Source: Nitrospinaceae bacterium (GTDB taxonomy: Bacteria > Nitrospinota > Nitrospinia > Nitrospinales > VA-1). From it: 64,000 bases of DNA. The notes under the pieces were generated by a model, which was not told where the DNA came from, did not search any database, and saw only the letters and a list, made by a program, of their open reading frames with translations. A program made the position numbers and the translations under genes. The stretch covers positions 17,214-81,213 of the forward strand of contig JBHHVU010000008.1 in the NCBI GenBank assembly GCA_046754465.1, in the 5' to 3' direction. Of this stretch, positions 20,386 through 30,500 are shown in pieces; position 1 is the stretch's first letter, and every line of letters begins with the position of its first letter.

Positions 20386-21201
20386 TCAAAGTCCGAAACT
20401 GACCATGCTCATCAACCGGGGAACCAGTTTGGGCCGGGCGAGCCGGGGATCGTATCCCATCAGCCGCCGGTTGTTTTCACGCAGGCACAGGTTGATGAAA
20501 TCCTTGGGGGACATGCCGGATTTCTCATGCTTCCGAGCCTGGATCGTGAAGGCCGATCCCCCCATGTTCTTTAAATCCATCAACCGGGACCACGCCGCGG
20601 CCCAGAACGCCCACATCGTTGACAGATAATGCAGAGGCTGGAGGAGAAACGGCCGGGTCTGGCGCATGTACAAAATCCAGTTCTGGATGAACAGGATGTG
20701 TCTGGCCTCTTCCTGAACGATCGGTTCCATGACCCGGATCAATTCCAGCGGATAGTCCCCGGTGGATTTGGAAATCTCAAGGAATCCGAAGGCAAAAAAG
20801 GAGTCGATACATTCCCCCGCTCCCGTGCGGAGAAAACCCCATTCCAGATTGCCAGGCAGCGGGTTGTCGGGGATTTCCTTGAAGGGAATATTGTATCGAT
20901 TGAGAAAGTATTTGAGAATATCGGCGTGCCGCCTTTCCTCATAACCTTGAAGGGCCATCGCTTTCTTGAGAAGCGGATCGGTGATTTCTTCGGAATAAGC
21001 CTTGAGTTTGTGGAAAACCTGGCTCTCGGTGTGGACGGCATAGTCCCATATGGGAAAGTCCGCCAGTTTTTGAATCGTTTCTTCTTTCAGATCCGGCCAG
21101 GCCAGTTCTTCGGGACGAAACGGTTGGTGGGTATCAATAAAAAACCGGCAAAACAGATTTTTGTGTTCTTCCGTTCCGTATTCCATGGCGGCAGGAGACA
21201 C
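20386..21201 (-). CDS. ferritin-like di-iron carboxylate protein
   Basis: Two EExxH motifs (GYEERRHADIL; VQEEARHILF), each preceded by an acidic helix residue. This is the pattern of four-helix-bundle di-iron oxygenases/desaturases. Confidence 0.6.
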   Translation of the reverse strand: MSPAAMEYGTEEHKNLFCRFFIDTHQPFRPEELAWPDLKEETIQKLADFPIWDYAVHTESQVFHKLKAYSEEITDPLLKKAMALQGYEERRHADILKYFLNRYNIPFKEIPDNPLPGNLEWGFLRTGAGECIDSFFAFGFLEISKSTGDYPLELIRVMEPIVQEEARHILFIQNWILYMRQTRPFLLQPLHYLSTMWAFWAAAWSRLMDLKNMGGSAFTIQARKHEKSGMSPKDFINLCLRENNRRLMGYDPRLARPKLVPRLMSMVSFGL

Positions 21202-21328
21202 CAGTCAATCGTTTGATCTTTCATGAGGGGTTCAAAAAAAAAACACTTATTTTTAGCATAGAAGGAAAAGGGTGTCCAAATTTTTTTGCCGCCCCCGCGA
21301 AGCCCGGGGGAAATGGGGCGAGGCGGGC

Positions 21329-22873
21329 TCACTTTCCGGTGGGCACAGCGAAATGGGTTTCGATGGCCTCCACCAGCCCCTCCACCGTGTACTGTTCGGG
21401 AATGATTTCCACCCGCAACCCCTCGTCCTGGGCGGTTTTCGCGGTGATGGGTCCGATGGCCGCTATCTTGACCCCCTCGAGCAGGGGCCTGCGGTCCGAT
21501 CCTATGAGCTGGAGAAAATTCGTCACTGTCGAAGAAGAGGTGAAGGTGACCATGTCGATACTTCTCGCCTTCAGCCGGTTGAAAAGGTCTTCATTTTTCG
21601 TTTCCGGGGGCAGGGTCCGGTAGGCGGATACCACATCCACCTCCGCACCGAGAGAGCGAAGTTTTTCCGGCAGGATTTCCCGGGCGACGGCGGCGCGGGG
21701 GATCAGGAACCGTTTTCCCCGCACCTCTTCCTGTTCCAGCCGGGCGATCAGCGATTCGGCCACAAAGTCATCCGGCACCACATCCACCCGGATACCAAGA
21801 TCGCGGACCGCCCGCTCGGTTTTGGGTCCGATGGCGTACACGCGGACCCCCCTGAGTTCCCGGATATCTTTTTCGTTTTCTTTCAGCCGGCGGATGAAAA
21901 ACCGGACGCCGTTGGCGCTGGTGAAGATCAGCCCAGAATACTGGGAAAGTTGTTCAAGAGCCCGGTCCAGCGGAGCCCAATCCTCCGGCGGCACCGTGCG
22001 GATCACCGGAAAGGAGAAAGGCTCGGCGCCCCGTTCCTGCAGGAGATTGATGAAGGTTTCCGACTGCTCTTCCGCCCGTGTGATCACCACGGTTTTCCCG
22101 AACAGGGGCAGGGTTTCGTACCAATCGATGAGGGGCTTGAGGTGGACCACCTCGCCGATGATCGTCAACGCGGGGGGGGAAATTTTTTCCTTCAGGGCGA
22201 TGCCGACGATAGTCTCCAGCGTTCCCGTCCATGTCTTCTGTCGGGAAGTGGTGCCCCACTGAACGACTGCGATGGGGGTCGCGGGGTTCTTGCCGAACTT
22301 CATGAGGTTTTCGCAAATCTGCCGAAGTTTCCTGGCTCCCATGAGGAAGACCAGCGTGCCGGAACGGCTGGCGATCTTTTCCCAGTCGATGCGGATATCC
22401 TTCTGGTTCTTTTCGTTGCTTCCCGTGATGATGGAAACGGAGGAGGAGTGATCCCGGTGCGTGAGCGGGATTCCCGCGTAAGCCGAAACTCCCACGGGAG
22501 AGGTGACGCCAGGGACCACAATAAAGGGGATCCCGGCCCGTTTCAGTTCCTGCGCCTCTTCCCCGCCCCGGCCGAAGATGAAGGGATCTCCGCCCTTGAG
22601 ACGGACGACGGTTTTTCCCTCGCGGGCCTTCTGAACGAGGAGTGCGTTGATCTCCTCCTGGGGCAGCGAGGCGCATCCTGCCCTTTTCCCGGCGTAGATG
22701 GTTTCTGTGTCCTCCCGGCCGAAGCGGATCATGGCCAGGTTGACCAGGTGGTCGTAAATAATGACGTCCGCCCGTTGCAGCCACTCTTTTCCCCGTAGCG
22801 TGAGGAGGCCCACGTCCCCCGGCCCGGCCCCGACCAGAATGACTCGTCCTTTTTTGGGAGAAGGATCAACCAT
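21329..22873 (-). CDS. uroporphyrinogen-III C-methyltransferase fused to uroporphyrinogen-III synthase (CobA/HemD)
   Basis: N-terminal SUMT motif VILVGAGPGDVGLLTLRG..ADVIIYD and a C-terminal HemD-like half. ATG 22873 overlaps the rsmA 3' end by 8 nt. Confidence 0.85.
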   Translation of the reverse strand: MVDPSPKKGRVILVGAGPGDVGLLTLRGKEWLQRADVIIYDHLVNLAMIRFGREDTETIYAGKRAGCASLPQEEINALLVQKAREGKTVVRLKGGDPFIFGRGGEEAQELKRAGIPFIVVPGVTSPVGVSAYAGIPLTHRDHSSSVSIITGSNEKNQKDIRIDWEKIASRSGTLVFLMGARKLRQICENLMKFGKNPATPIAVVQWGTTSRQKTWTGTLETIVGIALKEKISPPALTIIGEVVHLKPLIDWYETLPLFGKTVVITRAEEQSETFINLLQERGAEPFSFPVIRTVPPEDWAPLDRALEQLSQYSGLIFTSANGVRFFIRRLKENEKDIRELRGVRVYAIGPKTERAVRDLGIRVDVVPDDFVAESLIARLEQEEVRGKRFLIPRAAVAREILPEKLRSLGAEVDVVSAYRTLPPETKNEDLFNRLKARSIDMVTFTSSSTVTNFLQLIGSDRRPLLEGVKIAAIGPITAKTAQDEGLRVEIIPEQYTVEGLVEAIETHFAVPTGK

Positions 22874-23651
22874 GGATCGCGTGAAGGTAGTTGGAAAGGG
22901 TGGCAAAATCTTCCAGCGACAGGGTTTCGCCCCGGCGGGACAGGTCGATGCCTCCGAGGCGCGTTTTTCCGTTGTCCTGACGAAACTGATTTTCCCAGAT
23001 TTTCAAATTGTTTTTCAACATTTTCCGTTTGTGGAAGAAGGCGGCGTTGACGATTTTAAAGAACATCTTTTCGTCTTCCACCCGCACCCTCGGTTGCGGC
23101 AAGGGGGTGAGGCGGACCAGCGACGAGTCAATTTTGGGCGGCGGGAAAAAAGACGTCCGGCCGATTTCCATGAGCCGTTCCACATGACAGTGAAACTGCA
23201 CGAACACCGTGAGCGAGCCATATTCTTTTTGGCCCGGAAGGGCGCATAACCGCTGAGCCACCTCCCGTTGCAGCATCACGGTCATGTCGATGAGACGGGA
23301 CTGATAACTGATGAGCCGTTTCAAGATGTGCGTCGCCGCGTAATAGGGCAGGTTGGAAACCACCTTGTACCGGGGGCCGGGAAGGCCGTAGTCGAACCGG
23401 GTGGCGTCGGCCTTCAACAACCGAAAATTTTCCCGTCCCGTGAACCTTTTTTCGAGTTCGGCGCACAGCCGGGGGTCGATCTCGAGGGCCGTCAGAGGGT
23501 CCGCTTTTTCCAGCAGGAGAGAGGTCAGAATCCCCTTGCCCGGCCCGATTTCCAAGACGGCATCGCCCTGGGAAAGATTGGCGCATTGAACGATTTCACA
23601 GGCGATGTCTTCGTCGATGAGAAAATTTTGACCCAGGGGGCGTTTCTTCAT
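22866..23651 (-). CDS. rsmA: 16S rRNA (adenine1518/1519-N6)-dimethyltransferase
   Basis: LGQNFLID...VLEIGPGKGILT is the KsgA signature. ATGA overlap with the pdxA stop. Confidence 0.9.
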   Translation of the reverse strand: MKKRPLGQNFLIDEDIACEIVQCANLSQGDAVLEIGPGKGILTSLLLEKADPLTALEIDPRLCAELEKRFTGRENFRLLKADATRFDYGLPGPRYKVVSNLPYYAATHILKRLISYQSRLIDMTVMLQREVAQRLCALPGQKEYGSLTVFVQFHCHVERLMEIGRTSFFPPPKIDSSLVRLTPLPQPRVRVEDEKMFFKIVNAAFFHKRKMLKNNLKIWENQFRQDNGKTRLGGIDLSRRGETLSLEDFATLSNYLHAIHG

Positions 23652-24652
23652 GGTGCGGCGAAAATGGATTTTGAAAGCGATACCGCGGCCCGAATGGCGG
23701 ATTTGAGGCTTTCCGGCGAGGCGGTTCCCGTCCCGGCGATATCGTAGGCCGTGCCGTGGTCCACCGAGGTGCGGATGATCGGCAGCCCCAGGGTGATGTT
23801 GACCGCGGCGCCCATGGATTCCATTTTCACGGGGATCATGCCCTGGTCGTGATACATGGTGACGATGGCGTCGTACCGGTCAAACGCGTTACGGGCGAAC
23901 AGGGAATCCGCTGAAAAGGGACCGTCCGCGTGAAGCCCCTCGTTGCGCACCGTTTCCAATGCGGGAAGAATCGCGGTGATTTCTTCTTCGCCGAAGATGC
24001 CTCCCTCACCACAATGCGGATTCAGTCCGGTAACGGCGATCCGGGGATGTTCACAAACATGCCGCGACAGCCATCGATGGGTCAGCCGGACCGTTTTGGC
24101 GACTCCGTCCGCGGTTATTCGGGAGGCAATGCCTTTTAACGGGACATGGGTGGTGACCAGGACGACGCGCAGCTTGCGCCCGGCCAGCATCAGGGCGACA
24201 TCCGAGGTATGGGTGAACTCCGCCAGCATTTCCGTATGGCCGGGATAGGGATAACCGGCCAGATGAATGCTCTGCTTGTTGATGGGCGCGGTGGTGAGGG
24301 CGTCGACCTCCTTTTTAAGGGCGAGGTTCACCGCCGCCCGGATGTATTCGACCGAGGCTTGGCCCCCCCGGGCAGAGGGACGGCCCCAGTCCAGGGTTTC
24401 GGACACATTGTCCAGGTCGATCAGGTCGATCACGCCTGGTTGGCAACGGGCTTCGCGGGGGGAGGCGATGGAGCGAACGGACACGGCGGGGGCGCTTTGG
24501 CGGCAAACCGATTGCATGAATCCGGCCGCGCCAATCACCACCGCCCGGCACACCCCGGACCATTCATCCTCCAGGAAAGCCTTGGCGATGACTTCGGGGC
24601 CGACCCCGGCGGGATCCCCCATCGTTATCGCGATTCTTGGCAGGTGCTCCAA
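23648..24652 (-). CDS. pdxA: 4-hydroxythreonine-4-phosphate dehydrogenase
   Basis: IAITMGDPAGVGPEV, GYPYPGHTE and MYHDQG blocks. Confidence 0.9.
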   Translation of the reverse strand: MEHLPRIAITMGDPAGVGPEVIAKAFLEDEWSGVCRAVVIGAAGFMQSVCRQSAPAVSVRSIASPREARCQPGVIDLIDLDNVSETLDWGRPSARGGQASVEYIRAAVNLALKKEVDALTTAPINKQSIHLAGYPYPGHTEMLAEFTHTSDVALMLAGRKLRVVLVTTHVPLKGIASRITADGVAKTVRLTHRWLSRHVCEHPRIAVTGLNPHCGEGGIFGEEEITAILPALETVRNEGLHADGPFSADSLFARNAFDRYDAIVTMYHDQGMIPVKMESMGAAVNITLGLPIIRTSVDHGTAYDIAGTGTASPESLKSAIRAAVSLSKSIFAAP

Positions 24653-24738
24653 AACTCAAAATCCAGTTCAGGCGGTGATCGTTTCCAGCCCGGAAATAAC
24701 GGCGCCAGGGTTTTAAAATGTTCCGGGAACCTCGCCGG

Positions 24739-26388
24739 TCATTTGGTCAACTTATGAATCCTTGCATGACCCTTTGCCGTGGCGGGACGCGGACTGGCGG
24801 CGAGGACTTCCTTGCTCACGGTTTTTTCGTATTCCTTGAAGTTCTCCACAAATTGCCGCGCCAGTTCCCGGGCTTTTTCATCGTAGCTATCCGGGTTTTT
24901 CCAAGTGTTCCTGGGGTTGAGAACTTCCTTGGGAACGTCCTCTACGTTTTCGGGAATGTGGAGACCGAAAACTGGGTCCTTGAACGTGGGCACATTGTTC
25001 AACTTGTCGTCCAGGATGGATTTGATCATGGCCCGGGTATAGGCGATTTCCATGCGGCGTCCCACGCCATAGGCCCCGCCGGTCCATCCCGTATTGACCA
25101 GCCAGCAGTCCACGTTGTGGGTGGCGATTTTTTCACCCAGCATATTGGCGTACACGGACGGGTGCAGGGTCATGAACGGCGCGCCGAAACAGGTGCTGAA
25201 TATTGCCGTGGGTTCCCGGCTGAGTCCTTTTTCCGTGCCGGCGACCTTGGCGGTGTATCCCGAAATGAAATGATACATGGCCTGTTCCGGCGTCAATTTG
25301 GCTACGGGGGGCATGATCCCGTAGGCGTCGCAGGTCAGCATGATCACGTTTTTCGGGTGGCCCCCCATCCCGGAGCGGTTGGCGTTTTCAATATGGGTGA
25401 TGGGGTAACTGGCGCGGGTGTTCTCTGTCAGGCTGGAATCATCGAGATTGTATCTGCGGGTGTCATGGTCCACGCACACGTTTTCGAGGATGGTGCCGAA
25501 CCGCCGGGTGCATTCGAAAATGGCCGGTTCCGCCTCCTGGGACAGACGGATGACCTTGGCGTAACATCCCCCCTCGAAATTGAAGACTCCCTTATCGCTC
25601 CACCCGTGTTCGTCGTCGCCAATCAGGATCCTGTGTGGGTCCGCCGACAGGGTGGTTTTCCCGGTTCCCGACAGGCCGAAAAAGATGGCCGTCTCCCCGG
25701 AGGGCTCCATATTCGCCGAACAATGCATGGAAAGTACGTTGTGCTTCTGGGGAAGAAGGTAGTTGAGGACCGAGAAAACGGATTTTTTGATCTCCCCCGC
25801 ATAGCTGGTGCCGCCTATCAGCACCAACTGTTTGCCATAGTCGACGATGACGAATACTTCCGAATTGGTCCCGTCGATGGCCGGGACCGCCTTGAAATGC
25901 GGTACGTGGATGACTGTAAACGCGGGGACATGCGATTCTAACTTTGCCAGATCCTTGATCTGAACGAACATGTTCCTGGCAAAGAGACTGTGCCAGGCCT
26001 GTTCCGTGATTACCCGGATATGGAGTTGATGCTCCGGGTCCGCGCCGGCGTAGCAGTCCTGCACATAAATTTCCCTTCCCTGGAGGTAAGCCAGCACCCG
26101 GGAATACAAGGCGTCGAATTGATCCACGCTAAAAGGCTTGTTGACCTTTCCCCACCAGATGTTTTCCTGGCTGGAAGGCTCCTGGACGCTGAATTTGTCG
26201 TTGGGGGCGCGCCCGGTGTATTCTCCCGTGGTGACGCAAATCGGTCCCAGGTGGGAAACAATGCCTTCCTTGTTGCGAATGATGTGTTCATAAAGAACTG
26301 GAGTCGAAAGGTTCCAGTAGATCTTTTTGGTATTTCTTATGCCATGGTGTTCCAATCCCACCTTGTGCTTTAAGATTTTCTGGGGCAT
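24739..26388 (-). CDS. pckA: phosphoenolpyruvate carboxykinase (ATP)
   Basis: TGEYTGRAPNDKF, kinase-1a GLSGTGKTTLS and IGDDEHGW blocks; 549 aa. Confidence 0.92.
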   Translation of the reverse strand: MPQKILKHKVGLEHHGIRNTKKIYWNLSTPVLYEHIIRNKEGIVSHLGPICVTTGEYTGRAPNDKFSVQEPSSQENIWWGKVNKPFSVDQFDALYSRVLAYLQGREIYVQDCYAGADPEHQLHIRVITEQAWHSLFARNMFVQIKDLAKLESHVPAFTVIHVPHFKAVPAIDGTNSEVFVIVDYGKQLVLIGGTSYAGEIKKSVFSVLNYLLPQKHNVLSMHCSANMEPSGETAIFFGLSGTGKTTLSADPHRILIGDDEHGWSDKGVFNFEGGCYAKVIRLSQEAEPAIFECTRRFGTILENVCVDHDTRRYNLDDSSLTENTRASYPITHIENANRSGMGGHPKNVIMLTCDAYGIMPPVAKLTPEQAMYHFISGYTAKVAGTEKGLSREPTAIFSTCFGAPFMTLHPSVYANMLGEKIATHNVDCWLVNTGWTGGAYGVGRRMEIAYTRAMIKSILDDKLNNVPTFKDPVFGLHIPENVEDVPKEVLNPRNTWKNPDSYDEKARELARQFVENFKEYEKTVSKEVLAASPRPATAKGHARIHKLTK

Positions 26389-26648
26389 GAAAAAGTCTCC
26401 TCTAGGGCAAAAATCCTTTGTAAAAAATATTTAGACGGGAAATATGGGAAAGCGTTATATTTCTCATTGAAAAGTATGGGAAATTTTCTAAAATAAGCGG
26501 CTGATAAGGCTTATTTTAACACATATCAGCCCTTCCATAATATGATATTTCCCCTCTCGTCCGGGTTTTCCCGGACCGGACGCGGCCTACAGTCCGTTTT
26601 TCCCCCATTCCAGGGAGTTTGAGGTCCCGGGGACGCCCCCTTTGGAAA

Positions 26649-27563
26649 ATGAAATTCTTCGACCGAAAATATGATCCCACCCGCTTCGAGATCCTGGATA
26701 AGGCCCGGAGCCGGTTCAACGAAATCTACGTGATTCAAAATGGCTCCCGGCGAGAAATGTTCTTTAAGGGCGAGGGCAATTTTTATCTTCAAAGCAGTTT
26801 CGACCTGCGTCGGATGGAATCCCTGATACTGGTTTATTCCCGAATGATGCTGGCATCGCTTTTGTTTCGGCCTGCGCCGCGCCGGATTTTAATGATCGGC
26901 CTGGGCGGCGGCTCGATCGCGGACTGGCTCCACCAACGGTTTCCCGAAGGCCATCTCGATGTGGTGGAGGTGGATGAAAAAGTCGTCGAGTTCTGCGGAA
27001 AATATTTCTTTCTGAAGGAGACCGGGAATTTCAAGGTCCACGTGGGGGATGGACGCGTCTTCGTTCAGAATCAGCGTGGAAAGGATCCTTATGATCTCGT
27101 ATTGCTAGATGCCTTTAAAAGCGGTTCCATTCCTTTTCACCTGAAGACGTCGGAATTTTACGAGGAAATTCGGGAGATTCTTTCACCGGGCGGGGTGGTG
27201 GCATCCAATCTGTATGGCAAAAGCAACCCGTTGAAACCCAAGGATCGCAACACCTTTGCCCACGTTTTCCCACAGGTTTACTGCTTTCAGGACCCGGAAG
27301 CGGTGGCTACGGTGCTGGTGGCGGTGGATCAGGATAAACCCTGGCCGGGATCGGACCTCCGCAAAGCCGCCGGAGCCCAGCAAAGTTCGTTGCCCTTTTC
27401 CCCGGCCGATCTGGAGGCCATGTTCCAGCCCGGTATGTTCAAGGATGAAGCCTTGGGGATGTTTCGGGATGAGTTTTCGGGAAAAGATTTTATGCGGGTT
27501 GTTAAGGCGAATAACACCCGGTCCGGCGGCGATTCAACCTACCCGATCAAAAGTCATAACTGA
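26649..27563 (+). CDS. spermidine synthase-like class I methyltransferase-fold protein
   Basis: ILMIGLGGGSIADWL ... VVEVDEKVVEFC ... GDGRVFV ... YDLVLLDAF pattern of PABS/spermidine-synthase-like proteins. ATG 26649 is chosen. Confidence 0.6.
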   Translation: MKFFDRKYDPTRFEILDKARSRFNEIYVIQNGSRREMFFKGEGNFYLQSSFDLRRMESLILVYSRMMLASLLFRPAPRRILMIGLGGGSIADWLHQRFPEGHLDVVEVDEKVVEFCGKYFFLKETGNFKVHVGDGRVFVQNQRGKDPYDLVLLDAFKSGSIPFHLKTSEFYEEIREILSPGGVVASNLYGKSNPLKPKDRNTFAHVFPQVYCFQDPEAVATVLVAVDQDKPWPGSDLRKAAGAQQSSLPFSPADLEAMFQPGMFKDEALGMFRDEFSGKDFMRVVKANNTRSGGDSTYPIKSHN

Positions 27564-27577
27564 ATGCCGGGTTGACC

Positions 27578-30500
27578 TCAGGAAAAGTTTGGGACAGTAA
27601 GTTCAAGGGCTTGGATTCGACTGTTGTCGAAATCGGCGGCAAATAATAGGTTCCCATGGATGGATAATCCTCCAATCTTCCCGAACTGTCCCGCCCGTTT
27701 ACCAGGATTCCGGTAAATGGATACCACCTCCAGTTTCGAGTTGAGGTGAAGGATTTGATGGTACCAGTAATCCGTCGCGAAGATCCCATAGCCGGGATGG
27801 CGGGTCAGGAAATAGATTTCTTCGCACGCGAGACTTCCTTTATGGAGGCCGTTGATTAATCGGTGTTCCGAACTGAAATGCTTCAAAACATAGTTCGACC
27901 GGTCACTGACCAGGTACTCGCCGTCTTCCAGGCAGTACACGCTGACCGGCTCAAATAAATCCTCCGGCGCTTCCCCCCGCCGTTTTATGGAGCGGACAAG
28001 TTTCCCCTTTGAATCGTAGATTTGGATACGGTGATGATTGGGGTCCGCCGCCCAAACCCGGTTTTCCCTGTCGATGGAAAGGGAAAATATCGCCCCCAGC
28101 CTTTGTTCTGGTTCTTCCCGGTCTCCGAAAGACAGAACGAATTCCCCTTCGCGCGTAAATTTTTGGATGCGCGCGTTTTTTTCCTCCCCGACATAGATAA
28201 ACCCTTCACGGTCCAATTGAAGGCACGTTGGAAATCTGAAAAATCCCGGGGAGTTTCCCCAGCCCCCGAAGTGGGAAAGATAACCGCCCTCGGCAGAGAA
28301 CCGGTAAATTTGATGATGGTCGTAATCGGCAACGAGCAATTCCCCCTCTGGGGAATGAGCGATCCCATAAGGTTTCAAGAACTCCCCATGTCGCGGACCG
28401 TTTTTCCAGAATGAGAATTTGAATTTCAGCCCGGAGGAATTTCCGACGGGAAAGCCGCCGGTCTCCCCGGTCATTGGCCCGCATTCAAACAGCTTGTTCA
28501 CAAGGGCTCTGGCTTTGAACGCCCGCTCCAGACCGGATTCCAACTGTTCCAACGAGGCCTGGGTTTGGCCCAGTTGTTTCTGGGTTTCCATGAATTGATC
28601 CAGGTCGCCGGCGGACGGGGCCAGGTCCGTGGCTTCCAAAACCCCGGTCAACCGGGATACCTCAAAAACCCGAGTTTTTCGATCCCGGAGGTCTCCTTCG
28701 ATTTTTTCTTCCAGCTCCGATTGATGGGATTTTATTGCGGCAACCAAGGGTTCCACGGCGGAAGGGGGTTTGCTGTTTTTGCTTGAAATCAGCAGGGAGA
28801 AACCGAGGATCAGCCTGCAAAGGTTGTTGGCCTCATTGATTCCCAGGGTAAGGATCATCCGCCGTAGCAGGTTCATCTGAAATTCTAAAACGGCGATGTT
28901 GTTCTGAAGGGTGATCGGCGTTTTTTTGTCCTGGGGATTGACATGATTTAATTTGGCGTCCAGTTCCTGTTTTTGCCGGGTCAAGGTTTCCAATTGCCGG
29001 GAAATTTCCTGGTATTTGATTTCGTAAACCGTTTGATGATGCAAAATTTTCAGGAGCCGTTCGGCCCATTCCCCGCTCTGGTTTCCTATGGCCTTAAGGG
29101 GATACCCTTCGCCTCCGCAAACCAGTCTCGATTCATCTTTTTTGAGGAGCATCCCTTCGATCCGGACCGCGCGCGTTATATCTTCCAAATTCAATTCCTC
29201 CGAATCAAACTCGACGGGGGAAAAATCTTCGACCCCGATATCCCGCGTCCGGACAGGGTCCTGCGTATCCCAGCTGGCGATCCGGGTATCGGTCAGGTCT
29301 TTCAGCATGATCTCCAGGGAGGTGTGAAGCGGCCAATCTTCCTGAAACCCCAGCAACAATTTGGGAGGGGTTTCAGCACCCGGGGGGTCCAAGAACCCTC
29401 TCTGAAGGATCTTTTTTATTGTTGCCTCTTTGGGGAATTGAAGAGCCGCCCCTTTAAGAATACCCAGCAGGGTGCGCAGTTCGAACTGCAGGTGTTTGAG
29501 AACGTCCATCGCTCTGCGGTTGCCGTTGAACCGTGTGAGGAAGGTTTCCCATTTTTCCCGGTGGTCCGGCATCTCACCAAAAGCCTGCACCATGGCTTCC
29601 TCATTTTTTTCTCGTTCATCCATGATGCGAATCATGATTTGACAGAGGGAGGCGTACCGGTTTTCCATCGTTTGCAGGCACGGGGCGAGGCTGGCAGGGT
29701 CCCGCCCCGAGTTCAGGATATTGCCGAGGTATTCCGAAAACTTCTGGGCGGTTTTCCGGTAAAAATAGAACAGAACGCGAATTTCACGAAAAAGGGTTTT
29801 GTCGCGCTTCTCGGCCTCGAACAGCTCCCGGTTGAACTCCCGAGGGTCTCCCTTGTCTTCGAGAATCGATTGCTGTTCCGCGATCAAGCGGACGTTGTGT
29901 TCCCTCGCTGCCGCCTCCCATTTCCGGTGGCAATCGAGAACCGCCTGGCGGTCCGCGTCGAGGCGCCGGCCCAGAAGCTCCAGACCCTGGCGCGGCAAAT
30001 CCCCGGTCACGGCATCCTCCCCCCTGATGGCCCGGCGGCTGAAGTCCATGAGAAGGTCCACTGCGTCATGGCTGGGGACCTCCCCGCCGGTATTTTTCTT
30101 GGCGAGGGTCCGCGCCGCATTCTGCAAAGCACGCACCGCATTTGGGGTGTCCCCCTTTTCTTCCAGCAGCCGAGCCATCTGAAAGAGGAGTTCCCAGTTG
30201 CCGGGATCGTTCTGAATGCGCCGGTTGAGCAGGCTCTCCTGGGATTCCACCGGAGCCTGGAACTGAAGGATGTGCGTGTCGAATGTCAACCCCACGTGCA
30301 GGACTCCCCGGGGATCGATGGCTGTGAGACAGGGCGCTTGGATGAGCGCCGTCCCTTCCACCCCCCGCGAATCGAAAAGGAACCCTCCGTAGGAGGTGAA
30401 TCCCTGAATCCGGTCATTGTTGAGGTCGGCGACGTATAACAGATCGTTGGGACCCACGGCCACGCAAAGCGGATATTCAAACTGGGCCGGACCCGTTCCC

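Noticed and set aside
21234-21243. A10 homopolymer between the ferritin-like gene and cobA/hemD, considered as a terminator T-tract or slippage site
   Set aside because: The adjacent GC hairpin (CCCCCG..CGGGGG) is followed by A-runs rather than T-runs on the transcribed minus strand. The tract is intergenic, so no frame consequence can be shown.
21272-22798. 508-aa plus-strand ORF, and similar long shadow ORFs at 24718-25941, 38368-40122, 41457-42560, 49415-50449 and 35905-36726
   Set aside because: Each lies opposite a gene with strong family signatures (cobA/hemD, pckA, GT-C/TPR, prfB, GT2/GT-C, methyltransferase A). Their compositions are Gly/Arg/Pro/Asp-rich without motifs.
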